Below are positions 31,465 through 34,990 of a DNA stretch of 34,990 bases, one piece after another. Source of the stretch: Actinomycetota bacterium (lineage in GTDB: Bacteria; Actinomycetota; Actinomycetes; Nanopelagicales; Nanopelagicaceae); the NCBI GenBank assembly GCA_039799185.1, contig JBDLTD010000002.1, positions 1 through 34,990 on the forward strand, given 5' to 3'. Position numbers and translations under genes: made by a program. The notes below the pieces were generated by a model. That model saw only the letters and a list, made by a program, of their open reading frames with translations. It had not been told where the DNA came from and searched no databases. The stretch's first letter is position 1. Each line of letters opens with the position of its first letter.

Positions 31465-32337
31465 ATGAGCGTTGTAGTCATTGGAGTCTTTGATGGTGTC
31501 CACAAGGGACATCAAGAAGTGCTCAATCAAGCCAAAGCGATTGCTGGCGATGAAAAGATTATTGCGCTGACTTTTGATCCACACCCAACAACTGTTTTTG
31601 CACCAGATCGAGCTCCAACTTTGCTCACAATTTTGACTGATCGAATCGAACTCCTGAAGATCCATAACGCAGATCAAGTTGCCGTTATGAAGTTCACGCC
31701 AGAGTTTGCCGCTATGACGCCTGAGGATTTTGCGAGTAAAGTTTTAGTAGACCAGCTGGGTGCAACAAAGGTTGTGGTTGGTAAGAATTTCACGTATGGA
31801 TCAAAGGCAGCAGGAAATGTTGATTCATTAAAGGCTCATTCTGGCTTTGAGACGATTGTTCTAGATCTTGAACCATCTGATGGTGAAGTTGTTTCTTCCA
31901 CACGAATCCGTAAATTAATTGTTGAAGGTAATGTTGAACAAGCACGGGGGTTATTAACTAGACCTCATCGCTTAGATGGCATTGTGGTTCATGGCGAAAA
32001 GCGTGGTCGTGAGATCGGTTATCCCACTGCAAATCTGGGTGATCTTGAAAATCAAACAATTCCAGCCGATGGTGTGTATGCAGGTTGGTTAACTGTTGGT
32101 ATTGATAGATGGCCAGCTGCAATTTCAATTGGTACTAATCCAACTTTTGATGGTGTTCGAGGCCGACAAGTTGAGGCATATGCCATTGATCAAGTTGGTT
32201 TAGAGCTCTATTCACAGCGGGCAACAATTGAATTTGGTTGGCGATTGCGTGAAACTTTAAAATTTGATGGTCTACAACCCTTGCTTGATCAGATGGCGAA
32301 AGACTGCGCAAAAGCCCGTGAATTAACCGAGCTTTAG
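31465..32337 (+). CDS. ribF: Bifunctional riboflavin kinase / FAD synthetase
   Basis: GVFDGVHKGH, TFDPHP, SSTRIR, GREIGYPTAN and SIGTNPTF. Confidence 0.97.
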   Translation: MSVVVIGVFDGVHKGHQEVLNQAKAIAGDEKIIALTFDPHPTTVFAPDRAPTLLTILTDRIELLKIHNADQVAVMKFTPEFAAMTPEDFASKVLVDQLGATKVVVGKNFTYGSKAAGNVDSLKAHSGFETIVLDLEPSDGEVVSSTRIRKLIVEGNVEQARGLLTRPHRLDGIVVHGEKRGREIGYPTANLGDLENQTIPADGVYAGWLTVGIDRWPAAISIGTNPTFDGVRGRQVEAYAIDQVGLELYSQRATIEFGWRLRETLKFDGLQPLLDQMAKDCAKARELTEL

Positions 32338-32346
32338 GCTCAGGAT

Positions 32347-32375
32347 TTCACCTTATTCGCCCCCGCTGGTAATCT
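32347..32375 (+). promoter_or_regulatory. Sigma70-type promoter of rpsO-pnp
   Basis: TTCACC (32347-52), 17-nt spacer, TGgTAATCT (-10 at 32370-75). Confidence 0.6.
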
Positions 32376-32386
32376 TGCCCAGTCCA

Positions 32387-32428
32387 ACGAGAAAGCGAGC
32401 TTTCGTGAGGCAAACCGAAAGCCCTCGT
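32387..32428 (+). promoter_or_regulatory. rpsO 5' leader stem; candidate S15 autoregulatory RNA
   Basis: ACGAG/CTCGT outer stem and GCTTTCG/CGAAAGC inner stem upstream of SD AAGGAG. Confidence 0.5.
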
Positions 32429-32454
32429 GATCAGAAACCAAGGAGTACTAAAGA

Positions 32455-32724
32455 ATGGCACTAACACCAGAAGTAACGAAGCAAATTGTCGCGCAGTTCG
32501 GATCTACTCCTACTGACACGGGAAGTCCTGAAGCTCAGGTCGCTTTGCTATCTAAGCGCATTGAAGAAATCACATTACATCTAAAAACCAACCCACATGA
32601 TCACCACAACCGTCGTGGTCTGTTGTTGCTAGTTGGTCGTCGTCGTCGCATTCTTCAATATCTTGCTAAGACAGATATCAACCGTTACCGCGTGATTATC
32701 GAGAAGCTCGGTATTCGCCGCTAA
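32455..32724 (+). CDS. rpsO: 30S ribosomal protein S15
   Basis: [30 protein letters not shown] and LGIRR. Confidence 0.98.
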   Translation: MALTPEVTKQIVAQFGSTPTDTGSPEAQVALLSKRIEEITLHLKTNPHDHHNRRGLLLLVGRRRRILQYLAKTDINRYRVIIEKLGIRR

Positions 32725-32735
32725 TTAAGTAATAC

Positions 32736-32833
32736 CTACACCACTTGAGGGCAAATGGTCCTCGGTAGTGGTTTCCGCACAAAATAATGTGCGTGAACTT
32801 CGATCGAAGATTCATTCTCCTTTAAGTGGGTAG
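32736..32833 (+). ncRNA. Actino-pnp-like cis-regulatory RNA within a long hairpin in the pnp 5' UTR
   Basis: Core GGTCCTCGGTAGTGG...CTTCGATCGAAGA resembles the Actino-pnp motif as I recall it; basal stem CTAC-a-CCACTTGAGGG/CCTTTAAGTGG-GTAG. Confidence 0.75.
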
Positions 32834-32886
32834 TAACCACGATGTGACTTGCAATGAGTCGCGTCCATAGTAATAAAGGAGGACCC

Positions 32887-34990
32887 ATGGAGGGTCAAGA
32901 GGTTCAGTCAGCCGTTGCAGTTATTGATAACGGAAAATTTGGAAAACGAGAGATTCGTTTTGAAACAGGTCGCCTAGCGCGCCAAGCAGCAGGAGCTGCT
33001 GCAGTATTTCTAGATGATCAAACAATGATCTTCTCAGCAACAACTGCATCAAAGACTCCTAAAGATCAATTTGATTTCTTTCCTTTAACAGTTGATGTTG
33101 AAGAGAAGATGTATGCAGTTGGTCGTATCCCAGGATCATTCTTCCGTCGTGAAGGCCGTCCATCAGAAGATGCAATTCTTACCTGTCGTTTAATCGACCG
33201 TCCATTGCGTCCATCATTTGTTAAGGGACTTCGCAATGAAGTTCAGATCGTTGTGACAGTAATGGCACTTGATCCAGACCACATGTATGACGTGATCGCA
33301 ATCAATGCTGCTTCAATGTCAACACAACTTGCAGGTTTGCCTTTCTCTGGTCCAATCGGTGGCGTTCGCGTTGCTTTGATTGATGGTCAGTGGGTTGCAT
33401 TCCCTAACCACTCACAGGTTGCAAACGCAGTCTTTGACATGGTTGTTGCTGGTCGTATCAGCGATGATGGTGATGTTGCAATCATGATGGTTGAAGCAGA
33501 AGCTACAACAAAGACAATTGAGCTCATCAAGGGCGGGGCACCAACTCCTAATGAAGAAGTTGTTGCACAAGGTCTAGATGCCGCAAAGCCATTTATCAAG
33601 ATTCTCTGCGAAGCACAGTCAAAGCTTGCAAAGGTGGCTGCAAAGCCAACTGCTGAGTTCCCTGTGTTCCTTGATTACCAAGATGATGTATTTGCTGCTG
33701 TTGAAAAGGCTGCTGGTGCAGATCTTGCAAAGGCACTAACAATTTCTGGTAAGCAAGAGCGCGAAACAAAGATTGATGAGATTTCTGCATCAACTAAGGA
33801 ATCAGTTTCTGCAGCCTTTGAAGGCCGCGAAAAAGAAGTTCCTGCAGCGTTTCGCTCATTAACTAAGAAGCTTGTTCGCCAGCGCGTATTGCGCGACAAG
33901 ATCCGTATCGATGGACGTGGATTGCGCGATATCCGGGCACTATCTGCAGAGGTTGAAGTAATTCCTCGCGTTCACGGTTCAGCGATCTTCGAACGTGGTG
34001 AGACACAGATTCTTGGAATCACAACTCTTAATATGCTCAAGATGGAACAACAGCTAGATACGTTGAACCCTGAAAACCATAAGCGTTATATGCACAACTA
34101 CAACTTCCCACCATATTCAACTGGTGAGACTGGTCGTGTTGGTACACCTAAGCGTCGCGAAATCGGCCACGGTGCACTTGCAGAGCGTGCTTTGATTCCA
34201 GTTCTTCCAACTCGCGAAGAGTTCCCTTACGCAATCCGTCAGGTCTCTGAAGCACTTGGTTCAAATGGTTCAACTTCAATGGGATCTGTTTGTGCATCAA
34301 CTCTTGCCATGCTTAATGCTGGTGTGCCGCTAAAGGCGCCAGTTGCAGGTATCGCAATGGGGCTTATCTCAGATAACGTCGATGGCAAGGTTGAATACGT
34401 AGCCTTGACAGATATCTTGGGTGCAGAAGATGCATTCGGCGATATGGACTTTAAAGTTGCCGGAACAAAAGATTTCATCACAGCTTTGCAGCTAGATACC
34501 AAGCTCGACGGTATTCCAGCATCAGTACTTGCCGGAGCACTTCACCAAGCAAAAGAGGCGCGTCTAGCAATCCTTGATGTTATGAATGAAGCGATCGACA
34601 CACCAGATGAGATGAGCCCATTTGCTCCTCGCATCATCTCTGTGAAGATTCCAGTTGATCAGATCGGTGCAGTTATCGGACCTAAGGGCAAGATAATCAA
34701 CCAGATTCAAGATGAGACTGGCGCAGATATTTCAATTGAAGATGATGGCACTATCTATATCGGTGCAACTGATGGACCTTCAGCAGAAGCTGCGCGTGCT
34801 CAGATCAATGCGATTGCAAACCCACAAATGCCAGAAGTTGGAGAGCGCTACCTCGGAACCGTTGTAAAGCTCGCCGCATTCGGTGCATTTATCTCACTTA
34901 TGCCAGGTAAAGATGGCTTGCTCCACGTCTCGCAGATTCGCAAGATGCATGGTGGAAAGCGCATTGAAAACCTGGAAGAAGTGATGAAGG
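32887..34990 (+). CDS. pnp: Polyribonucleotide nucleotidyltransferase (PNPase), truncated by the window end
   Basis: MEGQEVQ...[38 protein letters not shown] and [13 protein letters not shown], then KH and S1 domains; SD AAGGAGG; no stop before 34990. Confidence 0.98.
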   Translation, partial: MEGQEVQSAVAVIDNGKFGKREIRFETGRLARQAAGAAAVFLDDQTMIFSATTASKTPKDQFDFFPLTVDVEEKMYAVGRIPGSFFRREGRPSEDAILTCRLIDRPLRPSFVKGLRNEVQIVVTVMALDPDHMYDVIAINAASMSTQLAGLPFSGPIGGVRVALIDGQWVAFPNHSQVANAVFDMVVAGRISDDGDVAIMMVEAEATTKTIELIKGGAPTPNEEVVAQGLDAAKPFIKILCEAQSKLAKVAAKPTAEFPVFLDYQDDVFAAVEKAAGADLAKALTISGKQERETKIDEISASTKESVSAAFEGREKEVPAAFRSLTKKLVRQRVLRDKIRIDGRGLRDIRALSAEVEVIPRVHGSAIFERGETQILGITTLNMLKMEQQLDTLNPENHKRYMHNYNFPPYSTGETGRVGTPKRREIGHGALAERALIPVLPTREEFPYAIRQVSEALGSNGSTSMGSVCASTLAMLNAGVPLKAPVAGIAMGLISDNVDGKVEYVALTDILGAEDAFGDMDFKVAGTKDFITALQLDTKLDGIPASVLAGALHQAKEARLAILDVMNEAIDTPDEMSPFAPRIISVKIPVDQIGAVIGPKGKIINQIQDETGADISIEDDGTIYIGATDGPSAEAARAQINAIANPQMPEVGERYLGTVVKLAAFGAFISLMPGKDGLLHVSQIRKMHGGKRIENLEEVMK

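Overview
Co-directional (+ strand), very compact housekeeping region of a low-GC (roughly mid-40s %, judged by eye) streamlined actinobacterium. Protein style and gene content suggest the freshwater acI lineage (Nanopelagicales, 'Ca. Planktophila'-like); this is inference, not a database result. Gene order: ilvN(3' part)-ilvC-leuB-ilvE-cimA-xerC-ppm1-like GT2-rpsB-tsf-pyrH-frr-cdsA-rlmN, then a polyamine uptake/catabolism module (aminobutyraldehyde dehydrogenase, PotD/A/B/C, PuuB-like FAD oxidoreductase, agmatinase-family ureohydrolase), then dxr-M50 protease-ispG-proS-TSUP-rimP-nusA-infB-rbfA-truB-ribF-rpsO-pnp (truncated). No mobile elements, CRISPR, rRNA or tRNA were seen. Main signals: (1) an unbroken relay of four overlapping mini-ORFs filling the nusA-infB gap and ending at a hairpin before the IF2 ribosome-binding site; (2) truB apparently needs a non-canonical ATC start; (3) leuB, cimA and pyrH each carry a frameshifting internal deletion, probably assembly errors; (4) several leaderless promoters, some reusing the upstream stop codon, one inside a perfect palindrome; (5) structured leaders at rpsB, rpsO, pnp (Actino-pnp-like) and inside the polyamine operon.
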